64,000 nt of DNA from Okamejei kenojei (Eukaryota), in contig CM069141.1 in assembly GCA_035221665.1 (NCBI GenBank), forward strand, positions 42,036,001 to 42,100,000. The letters run 5' to 3'. The notes below the pieces were generated by a model, which saw only the letters and a list, made by a program, of their open reading frames with translations, had not been told where the DNA came from and did no database searches. Shown piece after piece: positions 1 to 12,822 of the stretch (its first letter is position 1; every line of letters begins with the position of its first letter). Both the position numbers and the translations under genes were made by a program.

Positions 1-280
1 TTGGAGGATGTGCAGGTAAACCTCTTCCTCACCTGGAAAGACTGTTAGGGTCCTTAGATGGAGTCAAGGGGAGAGGTAAAGCGACAAGTGTGCCATTTCC
101 TGCGATTGCAAGGGAAAGTACCAGGGGAGGGGGTGGGAAGGGTGGGAAGGGACAAATTGACCAAGGAATTATGACAGGAACGGTCTCTGCGGAAAGCCGA
201 AAGGGGAGGAGATGGGAAGATGTGGCCAGTGGTAGGATCCCGTTGGAGGTGGTGAAAATGGCGGAGGATTATCTGTGTAG
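1..280 (-). mobile_element. Penelope-like element fragment
   Basis: Closely similar to 21200-21475 of the Penelope copy at 20714-22089. Confidence 0.8.
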
Positions 281-1182
281 TTCACTTGCAAGCTACTATA
301 CAACATTAACTATTACTTACCTTTAGGTCAAGATTATTTTAGAGAGAGATCTTACCAAGAAAACCACAGGATGTTCTCCATCATAGCCTGAGGTTTCAAT
401 CCGTCTTGCTTAAAGAACAAAACACATACTGCTGGAGGTCAGGACCATTCTTCCGACGGATGCTGTCTGACCTGCTGAGCTCCTGCAGCAGTTTGTTTTT
501 TGCTCAATATCCAACATCTGCAGTTTCTTGAATCTCTAGCTTGAAGAAGACATTCTCATCAGCATATTCCCCGTCCCACCAGAGGATCAAATAGTCTCAA
601 CCACTGGTGCTCCACTATTAGAGACACCTATTGCACCAACTCTTGCCCGCACTTTGGAAAAGCAGACTATCTGCATGTGTTCCTGCTTCTCACGCATAGG
701 CAGTGACAGATGCAGATTGCTCTGGCTGAGAGGATTTTACAGAACTGGTCAGCGGAGGCAGTGGAGTGACTTCACAACTATTTGTAATTGGTAGACTGCA
801 CTCAGCAATGGACCTGCACAAATACCATGGTTGTTACTGACTGAGTAAGGAAATATGTGGTGGAGTGCATTCTTACCAATTAAACACTCTTGACACTTGA
901 AGATGAACAACAGGACTGCTTTATTCGTGGAAAGTTCAGGTTCATCACTATGAAGTAGTTAATTAATATTCTCCCGGATATTTACACTTGAAATATCTGT
1001 TGAAGCCACCCGTGGCCCCACTAGAATCAACTTGTTAGTTACACAATGGCTTCTTACATCGGTATCACTGTCACATTCCTGGGTTCAAAAAGAAAATCTT
1101 GTGTTTATATGAACAAACATTTCATAAGTGATAGAAGCAGAATGTGGCTAGTCGGCCCATCAAGTCTACTCTGCCATTTAAT

Positions 1183-4100
1183 AGTAAGATTAAACGAGAA
1201 CTTACCAGTTCGAAGTTTGATCGTTATTTTATGAGGAGTAACAATGAGGGATTACGTGAAGAAGCCCCGCCTGGCGCATGATCGGCATACTTCAAAGCAG
1301 TGGCATGAAAAACACAGAACATAATAGCCGGAGTAAGCTAGTAAGGCTCAACATAGATTTAGAACTACCAGATGATCATTTATTTTATGAGGGTCGGGAG
1401 TGGAGGGCACATAATCCCTCATCGTTACTCCTCATAAAATAACGATCAAACTTCAAACTGGTAAGTTCTCATTTAATCTTACTCCTTTACTTCGGAGTCA
1501 CGTGAGTGATTACGTGAAGATTTTGCAGCTCTGTGTTTTTTATGCCGTAGACTCATTCCATAGACACTCTGGCTCAATCAACACAGTAATGAGCAAATAA
1601 CACATTTTTTCCCAAACATTGCTTCAGTTTATGTGATAAGTTTTTTCATTATAAAAGAATGAAAGTAATGCCCTTTCTATTAAAAGGCAAATTTATCACC
1701 AAAATATCAATTGATAATATAATTTGATAATATAAACAAAGCAACAATTACAGAGAACCCAACACACCGTGTCCAATCCTGACACCATGACTGGTTCCTT
1801 GTTACTTTAATATTTATTTTACATCCTCCTACGGCTTTGAATCTTTGCTTGAGCGGCCCATCCTGTGCCATTCCTGTGAATGTATCTACCTCCTTAATGG
1901 AGTAATTTTCCACATCTCAATGTCTAGTTCCACTGAGTCTTAAACATGTTTTAACCATCTAGAATGTAATTATCTAGAACCATCAGTTTTTACTGATACT
2001 TAATGTGGTTTTGTGTGTAATAAGTAGTGCTGTCTCACCACTACAGAGACTTACCTACTTTAACATATTGAGTCAATGCTGACCCACACACAATTTTTGG
2101 CCGACAGGATATGCTTAAATTTTTACCTTGGTTCCAGCTCTTCTTGGTCTGCTTTGTTTGGTAAATTCATAAACATATAAGATAATGTAATCTGTAGCCA
2201 CATGCAATTATATAACATATGCAATGTTTGCACTCTTATGCTGATACTAAAGTCATGAGCATTATTACTTTCAATGTTAATTTTTTGAATCATTGATAGA
2301 ATTGGAGTCCATTGCCTAAGGCAAGTCAGGACTATGCTGATCTCCCAACTTCTGTATTTCAACTTTGGACATTTTACATATATATATTCCTTTTACATAT
2401 CGGGATATTACGGATGAGCCCGATAAATTCTTGGTCAGCAATTTGTCCTAAATAGGACGATAAACACTATGAGCCCGATTATTGGCCCTGTCACTTAGAT
2501 GCTGAGAAAAAATGCAATCCACAAGGAACTCCCATATATCTAATATGATAAAATAACTTTTACTGTCTGCAAAAGACTTCCAATTTCTTATAAAAACAAA
2601 ATATTGTTTTTTAAATGGTTTTTCTCCAAATTGTATGTATAACATTCATTTTGTACATAATTGTTATATTGTTAAAACATTCCTAGACCTCTTTGACCGT
2701 CAAACTGTTATAATGGTCTGGTCAAACCTGCAGATAGCCAAATTCATATCTTCATGCCATGGATGAATTTGTACAACAATAAATTACTGCAACTATGAGT
2801 CTTCATAACTGGTTCAAACATCACTCTCAACGTTAATGAGAACCATGACAGTCCGGTTTGGGCCACCAAAGTGCCCCTGGCAGTGTCCTGCTACATTTTC
2901 ATCAGACACTGCCCTATCAGACAGAATGAGGAACATAAAAGAACATCTTTCCTCATGTAATTTAGCGAAATGCATCCACCGCTCCTGCTCCTGGTTTTCC
3001 CACGAGAAACATTTGAGCAATCGGTGATTTAATCTGGACACAAACAGATTAATGGTAAGTAATCCATATTACTGACAATGTTTTTTTCCCCTGATTTGTT
3101 GTCTGCGACAACATTGTCTCTTCCTTAGAGATAAACAGCTGAACGAAAACATTTTTAGAATACACCACATCTGGTTAGCCAGATAATCACTTGATAATGA
3201 TCTTACTTGACCCATGTGATTGATATATGCCACAGCCGTGGTATTGTTCACCTGATTGGACATGCACACTTTCATAGTAGAACAATAGGCATTTAATCCA
3301 TAAAAAGCTCCTGATACTCCAATAATTAATACAAATGTTTGGAGAAAAAAGTTTCTTAGGACAATCCATTTGCAATTCCCTGGTGTTATTGTCCGTAGTC
3401 CCCTAAACAAGAGACGTATCAAATATTAACTTGATAAGAATAGATATTATACTTATCTTAGCCCAAATAATCACAGAAGCTATCCATCATCCGAGAATAC
3501 TTGCTTCAGTTTGCAATGGCTGCTAAGCTTATATGTTTAAAGCAGCTTGTGGAACCTTTTCTATCCACCACTTTAATTCTGATAAAGTATCCTTTGGTAA
3601 TTACATAGGCCTGTCAAAAGGCCTGCATACTCTTATAATGCTTGTGTTTTCCCTTTTTTGGAGCTGTTTTACTCTTTTATCTAAGCGCCTTCTCGGATGG
3701 AGGGACAAAGTTTGTCAACAAAGCAATGAGACATATTTGTAATATTGACATTTTGTTTCTCGGAAAAAAAAAATTCCCCCATATGGTGCTGAATTACTCC
3801 TAAACCCAGAATAGTAATTTAGGAATGTTTATGAATGCGTAAAACATAGTTTTTATTGGATGGGTCAGGACCCTTGCCTCTCAACAGGCTTGTAATTGCT
3901 GCACTAATTTGCACTGACTCCTGATCAACCTTCCAATTTAAAATGTGATCATGATAAACCATGACCATGTGTCCTCATTAGTGCAAGTGCTGATCTTCTA
4001 TCAGTGCAATTGCTGTTCCAATAATTGTGTGAACAACCTAGAACTGAGTTTAATCCATTAGACAATGTCTTAACTTGCAACAGCTGACCCATCTAATTAA

Positions 4101-5971
4101 TTTCAAGCACCTGTAAATATGATAATAAATTGGTACTAAATACCATCCTTCAAGTCTTATAGTAATGATTAACAATTTGTTAATAACAACTGTTTTTCAG
4201 TGTTGAAGATGTCCATTTTGATAAAATGTTTTCACACTGTAAAAGTGTATTTAAAATGATGTCTTGTATGGCTTTCCCACCACATCATCCTTTTCCCTGG
4301 GGAAATTTATGATACAAATTTGCTTACCTCTTCTTTATTGGAGATATTTCGGGTGCAAACCTAAAATCAATTTTTAGGTTTTCCTATACAGGTAAACCAA
4401 TTCCTTCTACAAATTTTTTGTAGATCCTTTACACATTACAATAAATCAATCCGTTGTTATGCCGTATCATTGATCATAACACACCTGTAATCTCCCACAA
4501 TTGGAGATTTCATCAACTTCTTCTGTAACAAGTTTTTGCACCTCTTCAAATGTACATGAAGCTTTCTCTCCCCAACGATATGGGTTCACATAAGGCTGTG
4601 TTGGATAAATATTTATTTATCATACTCCTGCCTCTGTTTGATCCATTATCAAATCTTTACATTGGATCATAATTTTGCCAAAATTTAATGACCAATAGTC
4701 TTTCCTTTGTAATCAATGTCTTTGATTTATCCTGAGGCAGGTTTACTCCATAAATAATCAGGAGTTTAACATAACTTGATCTGTATTGACCTGCAAATCT
4801 AACGTGCAAAATGGTCCCAATAACAATAACAATATATATATATATATATACCATTGAGCTCCACAAACTAATGGCAATTTGTCTTTTTATTTAAAAAATG
4901 TTTTGGTTATTGCACAATGTTTTACTTGTTTTACATAAGTAGTAATGCCACACACCAGCTTGAAACTCTTTGAAATCGTATTTCCTTATGATTCCATATA
5001 ATTGAGACATGGGTATCATAATCGGATTCACCGTTGGCACCTTAATAAAACATAAATGTTTTATCAATAACTCTGCTGTTTCAACCATAACAGCTTTATG
5101 AAGCTGGTGAGAGACCAATTAATGTTGGTTACCATGGTTTCCTTCCATGGCCTCACTCCTTCATTCAGGTATCGTACTTAGTACACCTGTATGTATATTT
5201 GTGCTGTGGTGGGTACTTATGACCAGCCACCACTATCAATGCACCTTCAGGGTCTGCTTTTTCACTTTCTTTTACTGCCCTGGTACTCCTGAGATTTCCC
5301 TCAAGGAGACTACCTCCAAATCAATCTGAGGTAGATATTCCCACATTGGTAAATCCCACCATATATATTAGTATAAGGAAACCCCTCAGGATCTGTTTTT
5401 GGGAATATTCTGGGCCTTTTTTAAATCCTTTTGGTTGAATTTTTTTTTTTAATTTGGAGTCTTTCTCCATCAATTTATTCTAAGCCATAAAGCTTTTTTG
5501 TCTGGAGGCCTTTTTTATTAGAAATTTTAAATCATGGCCTCTCTAACTTCTCAAAATTTCTCCTCACTGGAGTTTTTCTCATAGCCAAAAGTTTGTGGAG
5601 CAACTAAAGTGTTCCTAACGGTAACTTTAACGGCCACCGGTATCGGAACTGGCTCCGCACTAATCTGCTGTCCCGATCGCAGAGGTTTCCACCGGGACGC
5701 TTTTTTAAACTACGTTTTTTCCCCGGAGTATTTTCTTTTAGCTTTTAAACTCCGTTTTATTTCCACCCGGAGTATTTTTTCTTTTTAACTCCTGGTGGCT
5801 CTATACACCAGCCATGGAGTTTGGATATGCCCTGTAAGTAATTCAACTGTACATACCTGCGGGCCCGTACCTGCGCTCTGCAGCTCTTGCTCTGCCGTCA
5901 GCGTCGACGTAATGCCGATCATGCGCCAGGCGGGGCTTCTTCACGTAGTCACTCACGTGACTCCGAAGTAA
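1183..5971 (-). mobile_element. DIRS1-like tyrosine-recombinase retrotransposon, both ends present, ORFs decayed
   Basis: Inverted termini (tacgtgaagaagccccgcctggcgcatgatcggcat near 1253 and its reverse complement near 5912-5947). Internal complementary region at about 1415-1520. RNase H remnant NNTTAVAYINHMG (ORF 3069-3422). AAT on both flanks (1180-1182, 5972-5974). Confidence 0.9.
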
Positions 5972-6360
5972 AATCATAGCTGATCTATCTTTTCATCTTA
6001 ACTCCATTCTCCTGCCTTCTCCCCATAACCCCTGACATCTGCACTAATCAAGAAACTACCCATCTCTGCTGTATAAATATCCATTGACTTGCCCCACAGC
6101 CTTCTGTGGCAATGAATTCCACAGATTCACCACCCACTGACTAAATAAATTCCTCTGCATCTCCTTCCTAAAGGAACATCCTTTTATTCTGAGGTTATGA
6201 CCTTTGGTCCTAGACTCTCTCACAAGTGGAAACATTCTCTCCACATCAACTCTATCCAGGCCTTTCAATATTCAATGACGTCTAAACTCCAGCGAGTAGA
6301 GGCCCAGTGCCGTCAAACATTCAACATATGTTAACTTACTCATATCTGGGATCATTCTCT
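5972..6360 (-). mobile_element. CR1 LINE 3' fragment (its extreme 3' end, about 1120-1182, is split off by the DIRS insertion)
   Basis: ORF 6056-6268 MKGLDRVDVERMFPLV..TKGH..SQWVVNLWNSLP is the CR1 ORF2 C-terminus. Confidence 0.85.
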
Positions 6361-7564
6361 TGCCATTTAATACCACTCTCCAAACATAGCAGACATAATT
6401 CATCTATGTGGATCCCTACATTTACTTTAATGCCTTGTAGCATCAGTTTTTGGACACTTCCATGCAGACCCTTACAACTAGCTAGTCCATAAAAACTTCC
6501 ACCTCCAAACAGTTTGCACATCAGATTGAATATAATACCCAGACAGCCTGGGAACAAACTTCCAAAGATTCACTGCACTTGGGTGAAGAAGTTCTTTCTC
6601 AAGTTGATCCTGAATGGCCAAACATTTATTTAGACATATCAGCTCTATTTCATAGCAATCCCTCCAACCAGGAAAAATATGAATATAGTTTCTACCCTGT
6701 CAACCTCCTGATAGAGTGTCCATGTTTCAGTGAGCTCAGCTTGATTTCAGAATGTCCAAACTCATCAGAAACAGTTTCTTAACAAAATAGAGACCTTGTC
6801 TAATCTAGGCTGTTAAAATTGATACATTTTGATTAAAAGACAGAGGGAAATAGGAACAAACTATCAGCAGGTTTCGCACAGACAGAAGGAAGCACTTTGT
6901 TAACTAATGACAGGGTGTTAGCTGGACTGGTGTCAGGAACGCACCTTTCCCCAGACGGTGGATGGGGGGTTGGAATGTGGAAGCACATTTCCACAGAGTG
7001 CAGGAGGGGAGTGGGAACTTACGTTATAGAGGACATTTGTAAGACAACACAAGGCCATTATGTATGGGTTTGGTTTTCTATATTTTATAAAATTACATAC
7101 CTGCTGTAGAAGGAAATTTTAGCGTCATACATGTATTCTGGGTCTTGCTTTGCTTGGGGCCCTGCTCAGATAGAAGGGGACACAATTAAAATATCTCCTA
7201 GAAGAGTGATAGTTTGACAAATAATTTGGTTTATTGAAAGCTTAATAGTGCACACTGGGAAACAATCTGAGAGAATTCAAAATGTTTTAGTGATTCACAG
7301 CACCCACAACATTTTTATATTCTCATAACACAATGGTTACTTGTGGAAGCTATATTTTTGAAATAATTCATAATTGATCAATGTCTCTGTAACCTTTCAT
7401 CGTTGTCTTTCCCCAGAGTTATCTTTAACCTTATGTTCCCTGCTATTTACAAAACCACTCTCTCATTTGTCTAACAACCCCAATGTTTATTTTACCTAAA
7501 CTGGCTGTGCTGTGGAACATAAACACCATGATAAATTTATTTATTGCCTCACTAACATCCTTAA

Positions 7565-7815
7565 GTTTTGTTTAGTTTAGTTTAGAGATGCAGCTCGGAA
7601 ACAGACCCTTCAGCCCACCAAGTCCGCACCGACAAGCAATCCCCGCAAATTAACACTATCCTACACAATCTTGGGACAATTTTACACATACACCAAGCCA
7701 ATTAACCGACGTACCTGTACGTCTTTAGAGTGTGGGAGGAAACCGAAGATCTCGGAGAAAATCCCCCGGTCACGGGGAGAACGTACAAACTACGTCCAGA
7801 AAGCACCTATAGTCT
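7565..7815 (-). mobile_element. tRNA-derived SINE (HE1-like), partial
   Basis: (gttta)n tail; body similar to 11703-12025. Confidence 0.7.
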
Positions 7816-8014
7816 TGGGTTAAATACATTACAAACTACTCTTCTTCCATATAATTTTCAAAATTTCCAACATGACCCACGAAAGTGACAATGCAATGAA
7901 TATTTACTACATTGGTTCCTGGAATGGCAACTATGATGTATGAGGAGATATTGCGTAGACCAAGACTGTATTCTCTCAACATTAGAAAAATGAAACATGC
8001 AAAATTCATGTAGG

Positions 8015-8345
8015 TCTCAATAGACAATAGGTGCAGGAGTAGGCCATTCGGTCCTTCAAGTCAGCACCGCCATTCAATGTGATCATGGCTGATCATCCAC
8101 AATCAGTACCCCGTTCCTGCCTTCTCCCCATATCCCCTACTTCCGCTATCTTCAAGAGCTTTATCTAGCTCTCTCTTGAAAGTATCCAGAGAACCGGCCT
8201 ACACCGCCCTCTAAGGCAGAGAATTCTACAGACTCACAACTCTCTGTGTGAAAAAGTGTTCCTCATCTCCATTCTAAATGGCTTACCCGTTATTCTTAAA
8301 CTGTGGCCCCTGGTTCTGGACTCCCCCAACATCGGGAACATATTG
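8015..8345 (-). mobile_element. CR1 LINE 3' end
   Basis: caatagacaatag tail and 3'UTR matching 22728-22975 and 25300-25600 in reverse. Confidence 0.85.
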
Positions 8346-9814
8346 GGGGAGATACACCACCTGCCCATTTACTTCTTACCTTCTCAATATCTAGGAAATA
8401 AAACATTCCGTCCAGCAGAAGCAGAGATGCCTAAGTGCCTCTTCTAATTCAGTCCATTCCAATCAAGACTCACAAAGTGATCGCCTCTACAGTAGGAAAA
8501 CTAAACTCAGGAATCGATAACAACTTTGCAGAATCAGTCCATGGAGATGTCCATCAGTTTTCATTTGCCTGTCGCTTTAAATCCCCTTTTCCACTCTGTC
8601 ATTGGCCCCGTTCACTGCCTCAGTGAGGCCCAACAAAACATCAGGCAGTTCATCACTTCTTCCAACTGGGCACATCACAGCTGCAAGATTTAACATTGAA
8701 TTCAACTATTTCAGCCATTTCAACCCAATTTCTTGGAAAATGAATATCAAGGATTCATTTCTTCTCATCTCAGTCTTGAGTGGGTCCTTTTGTTGCAAAT
8801 GTGTCCCTGATTCTGGATGCCCAGTTATGAAGCAGTATTCTGCTGTCCTGTGCTTCTCTCTTCTGCCCTGAAGCCTGGAATGAATTTAAAAGCTAATAGA
8901 GGTGGGTATGATATCAGATACATAGTTATGAGACCAGGGTTTGAGCTGAATAAGTAACAATGATGCAGCGTATGGAAAATCCCATGAACAACTTCCCACA
9001 AGTTAATCCTTGCCGTGAAATGAGGCATGAAGGGGTGACTGAATGGGACATCACCACCACACCCCTCAGTAACTGCACAACCATTTAGCCTTAGCTGCCC
9101 AGTCTATGTGCTGATATCCACCATTTAGCTTTAAAACATAAAATTCAGTATTAACGCTTCTAGCTTACCAGGAAGGTAAAATATGGAGAAGGTTCATAGA
9201 TGGAGGGAGATTATGACCTTGTATAAATTACTGCAGAAGACTATACTAAAATCTGCCACAAATCTGCACACCCTGCTCTTTTAAACTGAGTATACAGGGA
9301 AATACATTGCATTGTCACTAATTCAGAAATGTAGAAGTTTACACCAGAATTAATCTGTGAAGTTGCTTCTTATGTATTTTCTGTTCTTCCCACGTCTTGA
9401 AAATGCCATCTCCAACTGGGTACCACCTCAGCTCAGTGTTGAATGAAACATCAAACTCAGTCCCTCTTCTACTTCAGAAGTGTGGAAGAGAGGCTTTGGT
9501 GTCCCTTAGAGCAGCGTTTTCCTGCTGTCCTTGTTATATTTACCATATTTGCATTTATAGTTATTAATTTCACTGCTCTTTGTGGGACTGCTCACAAAAT
9601 GGTCATCATAGTTGTCCATAAAGAAAAACAGGGATTAATAGGCTGCTAGAGATTTAGGAAATTGACAAAGTACATATGACGGAAATGTCAGGTTTCTTTC
9701 CACTTGAGATGCATTTTCAACCCATCTGATCGAGTGATTCTTTACAAATCAATTCCATATAAATGAGTGTATTTTCTCAATTTAACTTGAAAATGTGCAC
9801 TCTGTAGTACAGAC

Positions 9815-10640
9815 TGTGCTGGGCGGCACAGTAGGGCAGCATTCCAGCGCTGGAGACCTGGGTACAATCCTGACTGTGAGTGCTGTCTGTAAAGGGCCTG
9901 TCCCAGCAGCATGCAACTCCATGCAATGAGCGCGACCTAACGTGGTCGCTTGAGCCGTCCGGCGTCGCGGGGCCGGTCCCACTTCGATCGCCGGAGCCGT
10001 GCGGAATTGTGCGGAGTTTGTCCCGACATCGCGCGGGGCTCCGAAAAACTGACCATGTTCAAAAATTCCGCACGGCAACGGCTTGTCGGCTCGCAGTCAT
10101 TACACACCGCCTCGACGTCGTGCCTCCGTGACCCTCTCTGTAGGCGCCTCCGTGACCCTCTCTGTGTGTGGCTCCATGACCCTCTCTGTGTGTGCCTCTG
10201 TGCCCCTTTCTGTGTGTCCCTCTTTGTCCTGGCGAACTTACCTTTCAGACTTCGCTCCAAATTCGCCTCACTTCCCGCCGCGTTGCGTCACTCACCCCAC
10301 CTCCGCGTGGCCCCCGCTGCTGGGTTGGTCGCGCTCTTCGCATGCAGGCGCATGCTGTTGGGAACGGCCCTGTACAGGGATCACTCGACCTCCGTGCGGT
10401 CCCCGCTGCCGGTTTGGTCGCGCTCACCGCATGGAGTCGGATGCTGGTAGGACAGGCCCTTTAGGGGTTTGTATGTTCTCCCCATGACCTGAGTGAGTTT
10501 TCTATTGGTGCTCCGGTTTCCACCAACACTTCAAAGATGTGCAGGTTTGTAGAGGAATTGGCTTAGATAACGTTGTAAATAGTCCCTAGTATGTGTGGAT
10601 CGAGCTCGTGTGTGGGTATCTCTGGTCAGTTTCGAACCAT
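9815..10640 (+). mobile_element. tRNA-derived SINE interrupted by a Harbinger MITE
   Basis: Head ggcggcacagtagggcagc with B-box-like gggtacaatcc; body resumes at 10464 (ggggtttgtatgttctcccc). Confidence 0.7.
9893..10460. mobile_element. Non-autonomous PIF/Harbinger element
   Basis: TIRs AGGGCCTGTCC / GGACAGGCCCT flanked by TAA and TTA. CpG-rich interior with short tandem repeats (ctccgtgaccctctctgt). Confidence 0.85.
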
Positions 10641-11456
10641 CTGGGACAAACCTAATCCTTAATGGGAAACAGAATATTATGCACACCACTTGCACGACCA
10701 TGGGCTTACTTTTGTTTCTTGTGGTATTCTGCACAGATATCATGTTTTTTGCACAGTCTTTCTGTTTTTGCTGTGTTGGATAATTTAAATATAATTTAAA
10801 TCCTATGCGTTAGTTGAGCCTATGCCTCTGACACTGATGCAAACGAGATTGTCATTGCAACTGTGCCACACGGTACTTGTGGATAAGAGAATAAACTCAA
10901 ATTGATTTGACTTGATTAGAACTGAGAAAGAGAGAATGCAAATTAGTCTCAATGGCAGAGAAGGTGGAGGGGGAAGACATTGGGTAGAACAAAGGGAAAC
11001 AAGAACTGAAGATGCTGGAATCTTAAGCAAAACATAAAGTGTTGGAGGAATTCAACTTCAGGCAGCATCAGTGAAAGGAATGAAAGTGACGGATGGAAGC
11101 CTTCTTCAGAGAAGGGGAATGTCTGTATTGTCGTGAACTGGCGCAGCCATTAAATGGACAGTTAAGCTCATTTGCCTATTTCAAGTGTTGAAAATATGAA
11201 GCCTGTTTCATCTGGGCAATTGGCTAATGCTGAGTAGGCCGGAATAAACAAATTAAAGAAAAATAATGATTAAAATATTATGGGTTGGAAAAATAGCAAC
11301 CACAAATTGCCAGTCCTGATACAATAGAAAAAAAAAGAGCAAGTTATCTGAAGTTGATGAATTCAATATTTATTACTACAAACAAAACATGCTCAGACAA
11401 AACATGAAGTGTTCTTACTTGAGGTTATGCCGGGCCTCATAATAGTGCAGAAGGCC

Positions 11457-11479
11457 ACACACACACACACACACACACA
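11457..11479. repeat. (CA)n microsatellite
   Basis: Read directly. Confidence 0.95.
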
Positions 11480-11702
11480 GAGGTCAAAGTGTGAGCAGAA
11501 TGGTGATTTTAAATGGCAGACAATCGGAAGCTCAGGGCTACCCCTGCTGACTGAGTTCAGGTGTTCTGCAAATTGATTACCCGATCTGTGTTTGGTCTCT
11601 ACAATGTAGTGGAGGCCACATTGTAAACATCAAAAGCAACAGACTAGATTGGAAGAAGTGTAAGTGAACTGCTGTCCCCTCTGAATGGTTGGAAGGGATA
11701 AG

Positions 11703-12025
11703 GTTTTTAGTTTAGTTTGGTTGAGCGATACAGCACGGAAAGCGGCCCTTCAGCCCACCGAGTCTGCATCGACCAGCGATCCCAGCACATTCACACTACC
11801 CGACACACACAGTAGGGACAGATTTACATATAAACCAAGCCAACTAACCTACAAACCTGTACGTCTTTGGAGTGTGGGAGGAAAACGAAGATTTTGGGAA
11901 AAATCCCATGCAGGTGATGGTGAGAAAGTACAAACTCCGCACCGACAAGCACACCATATCAGGGTCTAATCCCGGTCTGTGGCACTGTAAGGCAGTAGCT
12001 CTACCACTACGCCACCATGCTGCAC
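11703..12025 (-). mobile_element. tRNA-derived SINE (HE1-like), near full length
   Basis: (ttagt)n tail at left; tRNA-like head (reverse complement gcatggtggcgtagtggtagag) at right. Confidence 0.75.
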
Positions 12026-12574
12026 TAAGGTGAAATACAGCAACAGGCCATTCGGTCCACAATGTCCATGCCGAAACTAATCTTCTCTCCTCCTCTACCT
12101 GCATGTGATCCATATCCCTAATTCACTGCATATCCACACGTCTATCTCAAAACCTCTTTAACACCACAATCATATCTGCCTCCATCACCACCCTTGTAGC
12201 ATGTTCCAGGCACCTTCCTCTGCAAATAAAGAGCTTGCCCTGCAAATCTCCATGCATCTTTGTCCCGCTCTCCTTAAAGCTGTGCCCTCTAGTCTTTAAC
12301 AAAAGATGAGGTGTTGATCCTCCTGTATATGTTGGGCCTCATTGTAGTAATGCAGGGGGCTACAGACAGAACGGTTGGAGTAAGAATAGGATGCCAAAGT
12401 AATCAGAAGTCTTACCCCCCTGAGGAATATGTACTGACTGTCTATCATATCTATGCCTCTCATAATTTTATGTACCTATATCAAATCTCCCCTCAATCTC
12501 TGACACTGAAGACAAAACAATTTAATAAAGAACAGTTGTGGGTGCATGGGAAAGTGCCCAATGGGAAGTAGAGA

Positions 12575-12822
12575 AGAAGACCCAAAGAGTTTAGTAACTC
12601 AACAGGTCAGGAAGCATACTCTGGAGAATATGAATATGGATAGGTGACATTTCAGGTCGGAATCCTTCAGACCGAAGAAGGGTCCCATCAGTCTGAAGAA
12701 CGGTCCTGACCCCAAACTTCACTTACCCATATTCATCAGAGATGGTGCTTGAACTGCTGAGTTAATCCAGCACTTTGTGTCTTTTTTTTTTGTACACCAG
12801 CATCTGCAGTTTCTTGTTTCTA
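12575..12822. mobile_element. Palindromic Penelope-end-derived element
   Basis: Two inverted, decayed copies of the ctgaagaagggtc..gaaa..gatgctg..ctgagtt terminus. Confidence 0.6.

Noticed and set aside
9782-10487. Cluster of overlapping GC-rich ORFs resembling a CpG-island gene
   Set aside because: Lies almost entirely in a TIR-bounded Harbinger MITE, and high GC explains the lack of stops. The same GC effect applies to 48257-48837, 56648-57380 and 61443-62063.
11960-12025. tRNA gene
   Set aside because: The tRNA-like head runs into a SINE body and tail, with no full cloverleaf.
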